Positions 1 through 9,834 of a DNA stretch of 64,000 bases are shown here, piece by piece (within the stretch, counting starts at the first letter, position 1; every line of letters begins with the position of its first letter). Below the pieces are notes generated by a model. The model was not told where the DNA came from. It searched no databases and saw nothing but the letters and a program-made list of their open reading frames with translations. The stretch is from Candidatus Binatia bacterium (GTDB lineage Bacteria > Desulfobacterota > Binatia > Bin18): positions 2,240,001 through 2,304,000 of the forward strand of contig OY761159.2 of the NCBI GenBank assembly GCA_963664395.2, written 5' to 3'. Both the position numbers and the translations under genes were made by a program.

Positions 1-242
1 AGCGCGAGAAATTCTTGACGGACGAGCAGACGCGCCGCTTTGGGAAACGTGTGCCGGACAGTGCGCGAAGCTAGCGCCGCGCCGGCTTGAGCGGTGTCCG
101 TACACTGAGGAGTTTGCGTCCTTTTGCGCGGCGCCGCTTGATGACGGCACGACCCCCGGCTGTCTTCATCCGAACGAGAAACCCGTGCGTGCGCTTTCGA
201 CTGATATTGCTTGGTTGATAGGTCCTTTTCATCGATATTCAT
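1..242 (-). CDS. rnpA: Ribonuclease P protein component, 5' part (runs off the window), with an N-terminal extension overlapping rpmH
   Basis: Manual translation from ATG at 242 gives [12 protein letters not shown]...[21 protein letters not shown] with no stop. FPKxxRLxxRxEF is the RnpA N-terminal motif and lies directly after rpmH. Absent from the ORF track; the start position is inferred. Confidence 0.8.
   Translation of the reverse strand, partial: MNIDEKDLSTKQYQSKAHARVSRSDEDSRGSCRHQAAPRKRTQTPQCTDTAQAGAALASRTVRHTFPKAARLLVRQEFLA
71..232 (-). CDS. rpmH: 50S ribosomal protein L34
   Basis: Manual translation: [53 protein letters not shown] (53 aa), the classic L34 signature. Below the ORF-track length cutoff. 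Confidence 0.98.
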   Translation of the reverse strand: MKRTYQPSNISRKRTHGFLVRMKTAGGRAVIKRRRAKGRKLLSVRTPLKPARR

Positions 243-301
243 CCGTTTCTAGAGTGCCATATTCTGGTGGTCATCCATATCACCATACCGTTACCGAGAT
301 G

Positions 302-1315
302 TCAATTTTCCCTTTGTGGAAACTCGGCCTTCACCTGACGCGCCAACAAGTCTGCGACAACCTGCGTGGGCTGTTTGCCAGAATACACGAGCGCAGATAT
401 CTGCTCCACAATAGGCATGTCAACTGCCAGACGCTGGGCTAAATCAAGAATCGAGCGACAATTGCGGATGCCTTCTGCAATTGTTGTCACAGTCCGCTGA
501 ACGGCTTCCAACGACTCTCCTTTTCCGAGCCGAATGCCGACGGTTCGGTTGCGGCTGAGGTCACTCGTGCACGTGAGAATAAGGTCCCCCATGCCAGATA
601 AGCCCGATAAAGTTTGTGGATTTGCGCCCATCCGAGTTGCCAGACGCACAACCTCAGCCATGCCACGCGTGATCAAGGCTGCCCGCGCGTTATACCCGTA
701 GCCTAATCCATCACTCACTCCGACAGCCAGGGCAATCACATTCTTGACTGCGCCGCCAATCTCAGCCCCAATCACGTCCGTTGTGGTGTAGACGCGGAAT
801 GTTGGAGCCGAAAACAGTGCTTGGACTATCTGGGCGACTGTCTGGTCCTGGGCTGCCACTGTCACAGCGGTTGGAAGCCCGCGCGCTACTTCTGCGGCAA
901 AACTGGGACCTGAGAGCACGGCGATCTTGGACGCGAATCGTGTGGGGAGTGTCTGTGTGAGGACGCCACTCATCGTCTGGAGAGAGCCCTGCTCAATGCC
1001 TTTACTCGTGCTGACGAGAAGTGGCGTTGTCGTCAGCAGTGATCCCAGCGCTGAGGCGATGGAGCGGACCGCATGGGACGGAACGGCGACAACAAGAACC
1101 TCAGCTCCTGTGACTGCTGCCGAGAGCTCTGCTGTAAAGCAGAGCGTCTCCGGGAGCCGCACACCCGGCAGATAGTCCGTATTCTCTCTCGTTCTTTCAA
1201 TTTCCCGGGCGAGTAACTCACGCCTGACCCACACCTGGGCAGCATGTCCGACTGAGTCTAAGAGACAAGCAAGGGCGGTTCCCCATCCCCCACCCCCAAT
1301 AACAGCAACTCGCAT
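302..1315 (-). CDS. gpsA: NAD(P)H-dependent glycerol-3-phosphate dehydrogenase
   Basis: GGGGWGTALA Rossmann motif, SGPSFAAEV, GAVKNVIA, GMGDLILTCTSDLSRN. Confidence 0.97.
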   Translation of the reverse strand: MRVAVIGGGGWGTALACLLDSVGHAAQVWVRRELLAREIERTRENTDYLPGVRLPETLCFTAELSAAVTGAEVLVVAVPSHAVRSIASALGSLLTTTPLLVSTSKGIEQGSLQTMSGVLTQTLPTRFASKIAVLSGPSFAAEVARGLPTAVTVAAQDQTVAQIVQALFSAPTFRVYTTTDVIGAEIGGAVKNVIALAVGVSDGLGYGYNARAALITRGMAEVVRLATRMGANPQTLSGLSGMGDLILTCTSDLSRNRTVGIRLGKGESLEAVQRTVTTIAEGIRNCRSILDLAQRLAVDMPIVEQISALVYSGKQPTQVVADLLARQVKAEFPQREN

Positions 1316-1350
1316 AACTACTTAGTAATCACGTCACGAACAGGGAGCCT

Positions 1351-2118
1351 TCAAGCCGGCTGCCAGCCTATGACGCTGAGCTGGCGTCCGGCTTGAGACC
1401 CCTCTCTTCGGTATGAGGTAAACTCGTCCGGATGGCAAAATGTACATGATCCAACACATTGAATCTGCTTATTCGGAACCCCGGCCCGGATCAATTGCAT
1501 ACGGTTTATCGCACGGAGGTCGAGATATCCCTTTTCTCCTTGCCGATTCCAGGTCGTACGCTGTCCATCCCCCCAACGCTCAAAGAGTGGCTCTCCTATG
1601 TCACATCCGACCTGATAACAGCACCCGCCAATTGACGGACCCAAAGCGACCCAGAGCTGAGTAGGGGCGACGTCCCATTGTTCGGCGCATATTTCGACTG
1701 CGCGGAGGGAGATTACCTCCTTCGTGCCTCTCCATCCAGCGTGAAGGGCACCAACACCCCTTTGGTGTGGTGCAACGAGGAGAACCGGTACACAATCTGC
1801 GGTCTTGATACCAAGGAGGACGTTTTGCTCAGTCGTGAGCATACCATCTGCTTCTAACGCATTTGCCATTCTCCCTCTTCCAATATGTATGATTGTATTC
1901 CCATGAACCTGCGTGAGGGTATGGAATGAAGAGCCCGGGGCTCCCAAAGCAGCGCCTATTGAAGCCGCCTTGGTTTTGAGGGCTGTCGGTAAGCGTCGGG
2001 AAAAACCGTGAATAAGACCGTGAAAAGTACTCCACGCCTCGGCCCGAATCCACAGCCCCTGCTCGCGCCGATCTTTTGGGTCTGGCACTGATTTATGCAG
2101 AGGCCCGGGCTGATTCAT
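1351..2118 (-). CDS. pgeF: PgeF/YfiH family protein (peptidoglycan editing factor)
   Basis: QVHG, ADG, TADCVPVLL, HAGWRG, GPSIGGCCY and SYRRE motifs; start placed at ATG 2118. Confidence 0.92.
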   Translation of the reverse strand: MNQPGPLHKSVPDPKDRREQGLWIRAEAWSTFHGLIHGFSRRLPTALKTKAASIGAALGAPGSSFHTLTQVHGNTIIHIGRGRMANALEADGMLTTEQNVLLGIKTADCVPVLLVAPHQRGVGALHAGWRGTKEVISLRAVEICAEQWDVAPTQLWVALGPSIGGCCYQVGCDIGEPLFERWGDGQRTTWNRQGEKGYLDLRAINRMQLIRAGVPNKQIQCVGSCTFCHPDEFTSYRREGSQAGRQLSVIGWQPA

Positions 2119-3433
2119 GGTCTTCCCCTCCCTTCTCGATAAGGGCGAGCGTTTCGACCTGGTCTGTATGCGGAAACATATCGAATGGTTGTACCCGTCC
2201 GACGGCATAGCCGGCGTGTGAGAAACGATCCAGGTCTCGGGCAAGCGTCTTGGGAGAACATGAGATATAGAGCAGTGTGGGTGCGTTCGCTTCTATGACA
2301 GAGGAAAAAGCCTCGGGGCTCAGTCCTGTACGAGGCGGGTTGAGCACAATCCTATCGATGGATGGAAGGCTGGTTGCTACCTCTTCTATCTTCCGCGCTG
2401 CATCACCATGAAAGAAACGGGTATTGTGATAGCCGTTGCGACGAGCGTTTTCTTTTGCAACGTTCACGGCCCGTTCATTTTCCTCAACGCCGACAACGAG
2501 CTTGGCCTGCGAGGCAAAATAGAGGGCAATCGGACCGATTCCGCAGTACACGTCAAGGACGATTTCCTGTCCGGTCATATTGCCCCAGCGTACAGCGGTT
2601 TCGTACAGGCGCTTTGCCATAGGTGGATTGACCTGAGAAAAGATGTCAATAGGGATGCTGAGACGTAAATGCCCTATTTGTTCGAGCAAAGAGTCCCGAC
2701 CCCGCAAGGGGCGAAAGCGTTTCCCCCATATGACGTTCCCCGGCTGGTCGTTGATATTATGGACAATGCCACTCAAAAAAGGAAACCGTCGTTCAAGCTG
2801 GCGGGTCAAATCCTGCACCTGGGGAAAGTGCATATGGCGAGTCACCAGCAGCAGGAGTACCTTCCGCTGCCAAAAACTATAGCGCAGGTCAATATAGCGA
2901 AGCTGGCCCGTATCCCGCTCCTCGTTATACGGCACAATATGAAGATGTTCGATTTCGCGTTTGAGAAAGGCGACGACCTGGTTAATCTCTTTAGGGTGAA
3001 CCGGACACGCTGAGATGTCAAAAACCTTATGTGTTTCAGGGATATACAGACCAATCAGGGTTTGCCCTTTGACGCCCCGCACGGCCAATTTGACGCGCGA
3101 GCGGTAGCCAAACTTTTTGGGAGAAGCAACTGGAAGAGGAACACTGATAGCACTGAGCGACGAAAATTCAGCAAACGCCTCCCGCACTATGGCTTGTTTC
3201 CTCTCAAGTTGCTGCTCATAGGGAATCGAGACAAAGGGGCAGCCGTAACAGTGAGGAGCATGCGGACAGGGTGGTTTCCAGCTAGGCGGGCCGCCAAAAC
3301 TTCTGTTTGGACGCGGCGGACGAGCGTCATTTTTCCCGCGTCCGTTACCCGGCTGTGAGAACCGACGTGGACGCTGTGAGCGGGCGTTGCCCTTGCGAGG
3401 TGTGGACGGCCGTGAGGTTTTGTGTTCTGTCAC
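2093..3433 (-). CDS. rlmD: 23S rRNA (uracil-C5)-methyltransferase, RlmD family
   Basis: CPHxxxCxGC Fe-S motif, FSQVN, DVYCGIG, NPPRTG, YISCSPKTLARD, DMFPHT. Confidence 0.93.
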   Translation of the reverse strand: MTEHKTSRPSTPRKGNARSQRPRRFSQPGNGRGKNDARPPRPNRSFGGPPSWKPPCPHAPHCYGCPFVSIPYEQQLERKQAIVREAFAEFSSLSAISVPLPVASPKKFGYRSRVKLAVRGVKGQTLIGLYIPETHKVFDISACPVHPKEINQVVAFLKREIEHLHIVPYNEERDTGQLRYIDLRYSFWQRKVLLLLVTRHMHFPQVQDLTRQLERRFPFLSGIVHNINDQPGNVIWGKRFRPLRGRDSLLEQIGHLRLSIPIDIFSQVNPPMAKRLYETAVRWGNMTGQEIVLDVYCGIGPIALYFASQAKLVVGVEENERAVNVAKENARRNGYHNTRFFHGDAARKIEEVATSLPSIDRIVLNPPRTGLSPEAFSSVIEANAPTLLYISCSPKTLARDLDRFSHAGYAVGRVQPFDMFPHTDQVETLALIEKGGEDHESARASA

Positions 3434-3586
3434 CGTGGCAGACTACAAAGCCTTCCCCTGGGTGTCAACAGAATGAGGCCCGCAGGTTAGCGTAGCGTCA
3501 CCCGATAACACCCTACCCGGCCAGGTGGTCATCGGCTGGAACCGGCACGGCACCTTCGGAAACCGGGAGGCCGTGCGGCACTGCCC

Positions 3587-3970
3587 TCACCGCGCACGGG
3601 GGCTTTGCGGTTCTCCAGGTCGTACGCGGCGCAAGAATGCATACAGTATCCAGGCCGGCACGCTGATGACCATAGCATAGACCGCGATCGCCACGGGGCC
3701 GAGCAGGCCCGCGAACAGAGACGACACCGCAGTCACGGGTGCCAGCACGGCAAATACTGCCCAGGCCACACCCGGATATCCCGTCCGCCGGAGCCGGCCA
3801 CAAACCAGCGCCAGCGGCAGGCCACAAGGCGCCGTCACGGCCAGCGACAGCCAAGCATACAGCTCCACCGGCCACGGCAGGCCACGGACCAAGGCGGTGG
3901 CGGCAATACCGGCCGGCAGCCACAACAAGGAAAGCAGGCCGAACGTAAGGCGGCGCGTTATCGTCGGCAT
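3587..3970 (-). CDS. Hypothetical membrane protein (about 4 TM helices)
   Basis: 127 aa with four hydrophobic stretches; visibly more GC-rich than its neighbours. Confidence 0.7.
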   Translation of the reverse strand: MPTITRRLTFGLLSLLWLPAGIAATALVRGLPWPVELYAWLSLAVTAPCGLPLALVCGRLRRTGYPGVAWAVFAVLAPVTAVSSLFAGLLGPVAIAVYAMVISVPAWILYAFLRRVRPGEPQSPRAR

Positions 3971-4143
3971 TCATCCATCATACACCCCCGTCCGTCATGC
4001 GCCAGAAGGCTTCGCGGCGGGTTCTGCGGCGCTGTCAAGAGAGCGGTGGCTACGGGACGCAGCTTGGTCAAGATTCGGTGTTGAACTGGGTGTTTTTGAC
4101 CCGAAGGAGGCGAGAAGGAAGGTGAACGCTAGAGCTGGCTCGC

Positions 4144-5232
4144 TCAAGAAGCAGGCCGGTGCAAGTACCCGATAATTTCGGTCGCACTCAAAAACTCAAA
4201 GCGCGTTTTTCCAATATCTTCTATACATACGAATTTGACTTTTCCAGCAGTGACCTTTTTGTCTGCTTCGACCCCTATCCGGAGATGCTCTTGTGCAAGA
4301 TCCTGTGGGATGTCGACTGGTAAGCCGGCCTGTTTGATCAGGCGCACAACACGGTCACGTACTGCTGGCCGACACAGCCCCCGTTGTTGTGACAGGTGGG
4401 TGGCGAAAATCATACCCAGCGCAACCGCTTCGCCATGCAAAAAGCATTTGTAATTGGTTGCGCTCTCAATCGCGTGTCCCATGGTATGACCGAAGTTGAG
4501 AATCGCTCGATAGTCCCCTTCGGTTTCGTCTTCTTCCACGACTAATGCCTTGAGCTGACAGCATGTTTTGACAATTGAGGCCAAGAGAGCCGAGTTGACG
4601 CTCAGGAGTGCTGCCAGCTCTTCCTCAAGCAACCCGAAGAGTTCCGGACTCAGAATAACACCATACTTGATGACTTCTGCTATCCCTGCCACGAATTCAC
4701 GCTTTGGGAGCGTCTTGAGGGTTGCGACATCAGCCAAGACCATGCGGGGCTGGTAGAAGGCGCCGATCAGATTCTTCCCAGCCGGATGGTTGACCGCCGT
4801 CTTACCGCCAACACTCGCGTCAACCTGGGCAAGGAGGGTTGTCGGGATTTGGATAAATGGAATTCCACGCTGGAAGGTTGCCGCTGCAAAGCCAGTAAGG
4901 TCTCCAACGACCCCTCCACCCAGGGCGATTAAGGGCGAATTTCGCTCAATGCGTCCCTCAACGAGTTTGTCATAGAGAAAGGTCAGCCATGCCAGGTTTT
5001 TGTGTTCTTCGCCCGCAGGAATTTCAATCACCACCGGCTCGAATCCTTCTGCTGTGAGGATGCTGATAACCGGATCACGGTAGTGTTTGCCGACATGAGA
5101 GTCCGTTATCACGCCGATCCGGCCAGCGAGGAAATTCTGCTGTTTCAGCAATTGACCCAGTGCTCTTAGAATGCCTGACCCGATGTGGATAGGGTATGAG
5201 CGCGCCCCGAGGTTCAGTGTGAGCGTATCCAT
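4144..5232 (-). CDS. aroB: 3-dehydroquinate synthase
   Basis: GGGVVGDLTGF, PTTLLAQVDASVGGKT, LNFGHT, LHGEAVA. Confidence 0.98.
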   Translation of the reverse strand: MDTLTLNLGARSYPIHIGSGILRALGQLLKQQNFLAGRIGVITDSHVGKHYRDPVISILTAEGFEPVVIEIPAGEEHKNLAWLTFLYDKLVEGRIERNSPLIALGGGVVGDLTGFAAATFQRGIPFIQIPTTLLAQVDASVGGKTAVNHPAGKNLIGAFYQPRMVLADVATLKTLPKREFVAGIAEVIKYGVILSPELFGLLEEELAALLSVNSALLASIVKTCCQLKALVVEEDETEGDYRAILNFGHTMGHAIESATNYKCFLHGEAVALGMIFATHLSQQRGLCRPAVRDRVVRLIKQAGLPVDIPQDLAQEHLRIGVEADKKVTAGKVKFVCIEDIGKTRFEFLSATEIIGYLHRPAS

Positions 5233-5244
5233 ATCGGCTGTTTG

Positions 5245-5778
5245 CTATACGGTGAAGCTTTCTTGGGCCAAGGCTGCCAGCGTGGTCTCCACAACCGCAT
5301 CCGGGCCTACGCCCGAAGTATCAATAGTGATATCAGCGCGTGCGTAGGCTTCTGCTCTGTCTGCCAGCAGATGTTGGATCTTTTCGAGAGGATTTGGTCC
5401 TTGGAACAACGGACGAGTCGTATCGCCTTGGATACGCTGAAGAATGACTTCTGGACGAGCTGTCAGACAAATGACCGGGCCGCTCGCTTTCAGGGTTGCC
5501 GCGTTTTCTCTATCCACAATGGCTCCGCCGCCCGTGGCGATTACCATCCCCTTTTCTTGACAGGCTTGCGTGAGAGCTCGCTTCTCCCGTTGACGGAAGA
5601 CTGCTTCCCCCTCAGTGGCAAAGATCTGAGCGATCGGCATATTTGCTTCATGCTCAATACAGGAGTCCGTATCAATAAACCTGCGGCCGAGTCGTTTTGC
5701 CAGCCGTCTAGCGACTACGCTTTTTCCTGTCCCCATAAAGCCAACAAAAATAATGTTGCGTCCACGCCCGGCGAACAT
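5245..5778 (-). CDS. aroK: Shikimate kinase
   Basis: GFMGTGKS P-loop, DTD, GEAVFR, ATGGG, RPL; directly upstream of aroB. Confidence 0.97.
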   Translation of the reverse strand: MFAGRGRNIIFVGFMGTGKSVVARRLAKRLGRRFIDTDSCIEHEANMPIAQIFATEGEAVFRQREKRALTQACQEKGMVIATGGGAIVDRENAATLKASGPVICLTARPEVILQRIQGDTTRPLFQGPNPLEKIQHLLADRAEAYARADITIDTSGVGPDAVVETTLAALAQESFTV

Positions 5779-5818
5779 TATAATGTCTCATACGTTCGAG
5801 AGTACGACTTGTGTGCTA

Positions 5819-5942
5819 GCCAGGGAGTTTTGCCGTGGTCAACCACCACCCAACCACAACCTCTTTCATCGACTGCGGCCTGAAGAGCGCCGACCCCAGC
5901 AGCCCATTCAGGACGCGGTCCCACTAAGCAAAACTCCCTGGC
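5819..5942. repeat. 124-bp element bounded by a perfect 15-bp inverted repeat
   Basis: GCCAGGGAGTTTTGC (5819-5833) and GCAAAACTCCCTGGC (5928-5942), extended inward by GTGG/CCAC. Confidence 0.8.
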
Positions 5943-6492
5943 CCTCGCGGCATTGCCGCCCTCTCCACCACCCCACCCCAAATGTCGCCCTGCTTATTGT
6001 CTCTAGCGGACCAGAGCGTGAAAAGTTTTTCTTTGATCAATGCCTTGTATAGTCTTTGGATAGTCTATTGTTCCTCACGTCATTCCAATGAGTTTTTTGT
6101 ATAGGGGCGGATGGGGTATCCACCCCTATATTCGTCTCTTCATTTCTACCACTACCTCACCACGGTACCCCACCACTGATAGAGACGCCCGGAGGCTCGA
6201 GGCCAAAAAATATCCATTCCTCGCTACCACCCCATCACCCCACCACCACATCCATACTTGGCGTCCAAGCCTCCGAGTGTCTCTACCCTCATCAAACGAA
6301 TTCTTTCCTTCCCCACATCCTCTATGTGTGAGAAACCCACAGGTCTAAGAACTCCCCCAGCACGTCTTCCACCCCACCACCCTTGAGCTCTTAGACTTCT
6401 AGGTTTTTCGATTCTTCCACCACCACCCACATCCTCCAAAATCTTTACAGCCCAAATCTCCATGGCGTAGAGCCCTACACAAATTTTCTCAC

Positions 6493-8661
6493 TTACGGAC
6501 CGGCCTCGCCAATTGGACGATCTTCCCACAATTGACGGGCCGACGGTAAACTCGCGGTTGATACCCCGGCCACGATTTTCGGGGTGAGAAAGATCAGGAG
6601 TTCATCCTTGGTTCTTCGGTCCGCTTTCCCCCTAAACAGCCAACCAATTCCCGGTGTTTCGCGCAGGTAGGGAATGCCACTTTCTCGGTGATCCAGATTA
6701 TCTTGGAGAATACCGCCTAAGACAAAGGTCGCTCCTGCGCGTATTAAAACTTGCGAATTCGTTGTGCGCGAAAGGACATCCGGAATACGTGGGACGGTGG
6801 AAGAATCTGCGGTCGTTGTGACGCTCGAATCCGCCAACTCACTACTCTCCGCCTCAATATCCAGCAGAACGAATCCATCGGAAGAGATTTGCGGGGTCAC
6901 CTTCAGGGTAATGCCAACATCAAATTTTTCAAACGCCTCCCCACCTCCGGACGTTCCGGCCCCGCCCACAGTCAGGTTCCCGGAAGTAACCGGCACGCGC
7001 ACTTCTCTCCGTGATTTAATGAGTGCTTCACCATTATTGAGCGTCACGACACGCGGCCGCGAAACCACGCGGGCCTTCCCTTCTGCCTCAAGCGCACTCA
7101 GGCGTGTATGGAGTGTATGTGTTCCATCAAGAGAGCCGAGAAAGAGGTCCAGGGTCGAAGCGCCGACCGTAGCAGGAAAGTTTGCAATAAAAGGAATCCC
7201 TCCAGTTCCCGCGGCGCCAGTCCCCCCAACCCCAATCCGTCCGGGGAAATTGAGACCAGTTGGCTTCCCTGTCTCGGGGCCGGCTGCATATTGATAGCCC
7301 CACTGAATTCCGAGCGAGCGGTTAATGTTTTCCCTTGCGGTGACGATATACGATTCGATAAGAACCTGTGGCGTCTGAATATCGATATTCTCAATCAGCT
7401 CTTGCACTGCCTCGATATTTTCGCGGACATCACGCATAATGACGATGTTTGAGGTTCCATCGGCGGCAATCGTGCCTCGTGGCGACATGAGGGCAATCTG
7501 CGGTCCTTCCCCTCCACTCCTGGGCGTATATGAGCTTTTGGCTCCCTCGGCGGAACCGCGTGGTTCGGCCTGGCGGCCAATTAAGCCGGCAATGTCTGTG
7601 GCTTTGACATAGTTGACTTTGACGTAAACGGTTTCGAGGGGAGCGAGGTGCTGTTCCGCTTCCTGAGCCTTGAGCCGCGCGTTGCGTTCCGCTTCCAAAC
7701 GTTCCGTGGTTGAAATGGTGACTACATTGCCGGACTGCACTCTCTTCAACCCGTTGGCATGAAGGACAACGGCGAGGGCCTGGTCCCACGGAACATCGAC
7801 TAAGCGGAGTGTGACCCGCCCTTTCACATCATCTGTAGAAACGAGATTCAATCCGCTGACATCGGCCAGGATGCGCAAGATATCGCGAATATCCGCATTC
7901 TTGAAATGGAGTGATATTTTTTGTCCGCTATACTGTGGCTGAGACGGGGCAGGCTTCTCTGCTCGAAGATGCGTGCCGGAAGATGAAGCTCCCGCAGTAT
8001 CAGGTACGAGTGGACGGGATTCGGGAGCCGGCGCGGTCGGTTCCTCTTTTGCCTCCGCAGGAAGGAGCTCATCCGCATGAGGCGTCAAAAGAGTCTGGGG
8101 AGTCTGGGCTAACTGAGTAAGGTTGGCATTCTCGGCAATGAAAAGAATCTGGGCGTCCCCGTGTTTCGCGCCGGCCGGTTCGCTTTTCTGACCAATACGG
8201 GCGGTCAGAATCGTAGCGTTACTGTCAACGGAAAACGGAGGGGCCTCGTCTAGCGCCAAGTCTACAACGAGACGCATGCGGCCCGCAGAACTGCTCACTC
8301 GAACGGTCTCAATCTGAGGATCGTCCGCTTTATACGTTGCGACCTGAGGCAGCGCCTCAATTGGGCCGGTAACATCAATGACAATACGACTCGGCTCGTG
8401 GAGGGGGAAGTACTTGAGGTCTTCCGGGGGGCGAGAGAAGCGAAACATGATATTCCGTTGCCCAGTATCCGTAATCACACGTATCTCGTGAAGCTGGAGT
8501 GGCCCTGTATACGTCGGTGTGGGAACCGGCTTTGTCAGCGGTGACAAAGGCCCTCCCGTCAAACTCCGTGACTGAGACGTACAGGCCCCAGCAGTCAAGC
8601 AGACCCATAACGGGACTGCTATTTTTATAGTGTGTCTGTCTAACAAGCTCCGCATCCCCAC
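6493..8661 (-). CDS. pilQ: Type IV pilus secretin PilQ
   Basis: Lipobox-like AGAC, AMIN-like region, YSGQKISLHFKNADIRDIL, QVLIE, secretin C-terminus GIPYL...GWLF...ELLIFLTPKI. Confidence 0.96.
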   Translation of the reverse strand: MGMRSLLDRHTIKIAVPLWVCLTAGACTSQSRSLTGGPLSPLTKPVPTPTYTGPLQLHEIRVITDTGQRNIMFRFSRPPEDLKYFPLHEPSRIVIDVTGPIEALPQVATYKADDPQIETVRVSSSAGRMRLVVDLALDEAPPFSVDSNATILTARIGQKSEPAGAKHGDAQILFIAENANLTQLAQTPQTLLTPHADELLPAEAKEEPTAPAPESRPLVPDTAGASSSGTHLRAEKPAPSQPQYSGQKISLHFKNADIRDILRILADVSGLNLVSTDDVKGRVTLRLVDVPWDQALAVVLHANGLKRVQSGNVVTISTTERLEAERNARLKAQEAEQHLAPLETVYVKVNYVKATDIAGLIGRQAEPRGSAEGAKSSYTPRSGGEGPQIALMSPRGTIAADGTSNIVIMRDVRENIEAVQELIENIDIQTPQVLIESYIVTARENINRSLGIQWGYQYAAGPETGKPTGLNFPGRIGVGGTGAAGTGGIPFIANFPATVGASTLDLFLGSLDGTHTLHTRLSALEAEGKARVVSRPRVVTLNNGEALIKSRREVRVPVTSGNLTVGGAGTSGGGEAFEKFDVGITLKVTPQISSDGFVLLDIEAESSELADSSVTTTADSSTVPRIPDVLSRTTNSQVLIRAGATFVLGGILQDNLDHRESGIPYLRETPGIGWLFRGKADRRTKDELLIFLTPKIVAGVSTASLPSARQLWEDRPIGEAGP

Positions 8662-8689
8662 ATCCTCATCCTTTTAGGACACTGCTCTC

Positions 8690-9199
8690 CTACCTGTTGG
8701 TGTTGGTTCCGCCACCCGTAGGGGTTGCGTCCGCAACGGCAAGTCGTAATGCCCGTTGCCGGGTTAGGCGTTTACCGGAAAAGTCGGTCTCGTATTCTTC
8801 GATAACGACCCGTCCCGGCTCAATCGTCCGAATGACGCCACCGTTTGCGCCAATGAGGGTGCCGGCTTCGACGATGTATCCAAGGCCGTCCCTATCTTCT
8901 ATAAGCGCCTTCGGCTGACTGGCTTCCCAGATCACGCCAACCAGTTTGAGTTGCTCAAGGGGAAAGCGCTGAAGCGGTGTTGTTGCCTCGTTCACAACAT
9001 CTTGTTCCGGAGTCACGTGAAACGGAGACAAAAACGGGTCGCGTCTTCCTATCGGATCGTAAAAATAGGCGTTCTCCGCCTCTGCATTCCCTTGTGCCCA
9101 GGCGTATGCTCCGGGAGCTGGTTTCAAACCAACGAGCCCCCCTACCCAGAAGAAGAGGAAGAGTATCAAGAGGGTAGCAGTCGAACGTCCCATTGCCAT
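8690..9199 (-). CDS. pilP: Type IV pilus assembly protein PilP
   Basis: YDPIGRRDPF, PLQRFPLEQLKLVGVI; operon position. Confidence 0.93.
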   Translation of the reverse strand: MAMGRSTATLLILFLFFWVGGLVGLKPAPGAYAWAQGNAEAENAYFYDPIGRRDPFLSPFHVTPEQDVVNEATTPLQRFPLEQLKLVGVIWEASQPKALIEDRDGLGYIVEAGTLIGANGGVIRTIEPGRVVIEEYETDFSGKRLTRQRALRLAVADATPTGGGTNTNR

Positions 9200-9204
9200 G
9201 TCGC

Positions 9205-9834
9205 TTATTTTCGTTTCCTTTTCGTCTGGCTCTCTTCTTTTTGTCCGGCAATCTGTTCCCTCTCCTTTTCACTGAGGAAACGATAGGTTGTTGCTGAAAA
9301 CGAGGCGTCTACTGCAATCTGCGCGCCCCGATTGTCGATAAGACGCGGCTCTTTCATGCTCACATCTGCCACATTGACAATCCGGTCGAGACGGCGAACC
9401 TCGTCAAAAAACATGGCAATATGGTGATACCCACCCCGGACTGACATCTGTACCGGAACCTCGGTATAGAGGTCGCGTAACTGCTCGGGTTGCTGCCGGA
9501 ACAGGAGGACTTCGAGACCCGAATCACGTCCTAGGGTAGAGACCTGGCGGAGAAGCTCGGGGATTTCCTTTTGCTCGGGCAGTTGGGCTTGCGCCTTGTT
9601 AAACGCGGCTTCCACTTCACTACTTTCCGCTTCGATATTCTTACGATTGGCCAATGTTTTTCGCAGCTGTGCCCGCTCTGCATCAAGCTCATGAATTTTA
9701 TGCTGTATCTCAGCAATTTCCTGGGAGCGAGGAAAGTAGAACCAGAATACGTAAGAGGCGACGATGAGTGCTCCGATGCCCCCATACACGAGCCGGCGTT
9801 GTCCTGCCGACAGATCAAGAATGAAATCAAGCAT
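9205..9834 (-). CDS. pilO: Type IV pilus assembly protein PilO
   Basis: TM helix + coiled coil, LPEQKEIPELL, GGYH, RIVNV, TTYRF. Confidence 0.94.
   Translation of the reverse strand: MLDFILDLSAGQRRLVYGGIGALIVASYVFWFYFPRSQEIAEIQHKIHELDAERAQLRKTLANRKNIEAESSEVEAAFNKAQAQLPEQKEIPELLRQVSTLGRDSGLEVLLFRQQPEQLRDLYTEVPVQMSVRGGYHHIAMFFDEVRRLDRIVNVADVSMKEPRLIDNRGAQIAVDASFSATTYRFLSEKEREQIAGQKEESQTKRKRK

Noticed and set aside
5779-6492. oriC, tRNA or protein-coding gene in the pilQ-aroK gap
   Set aside because: No DnaA-box cluster, no cloverleaf or T-loop motif, and the short ORFs look non-protein-like.
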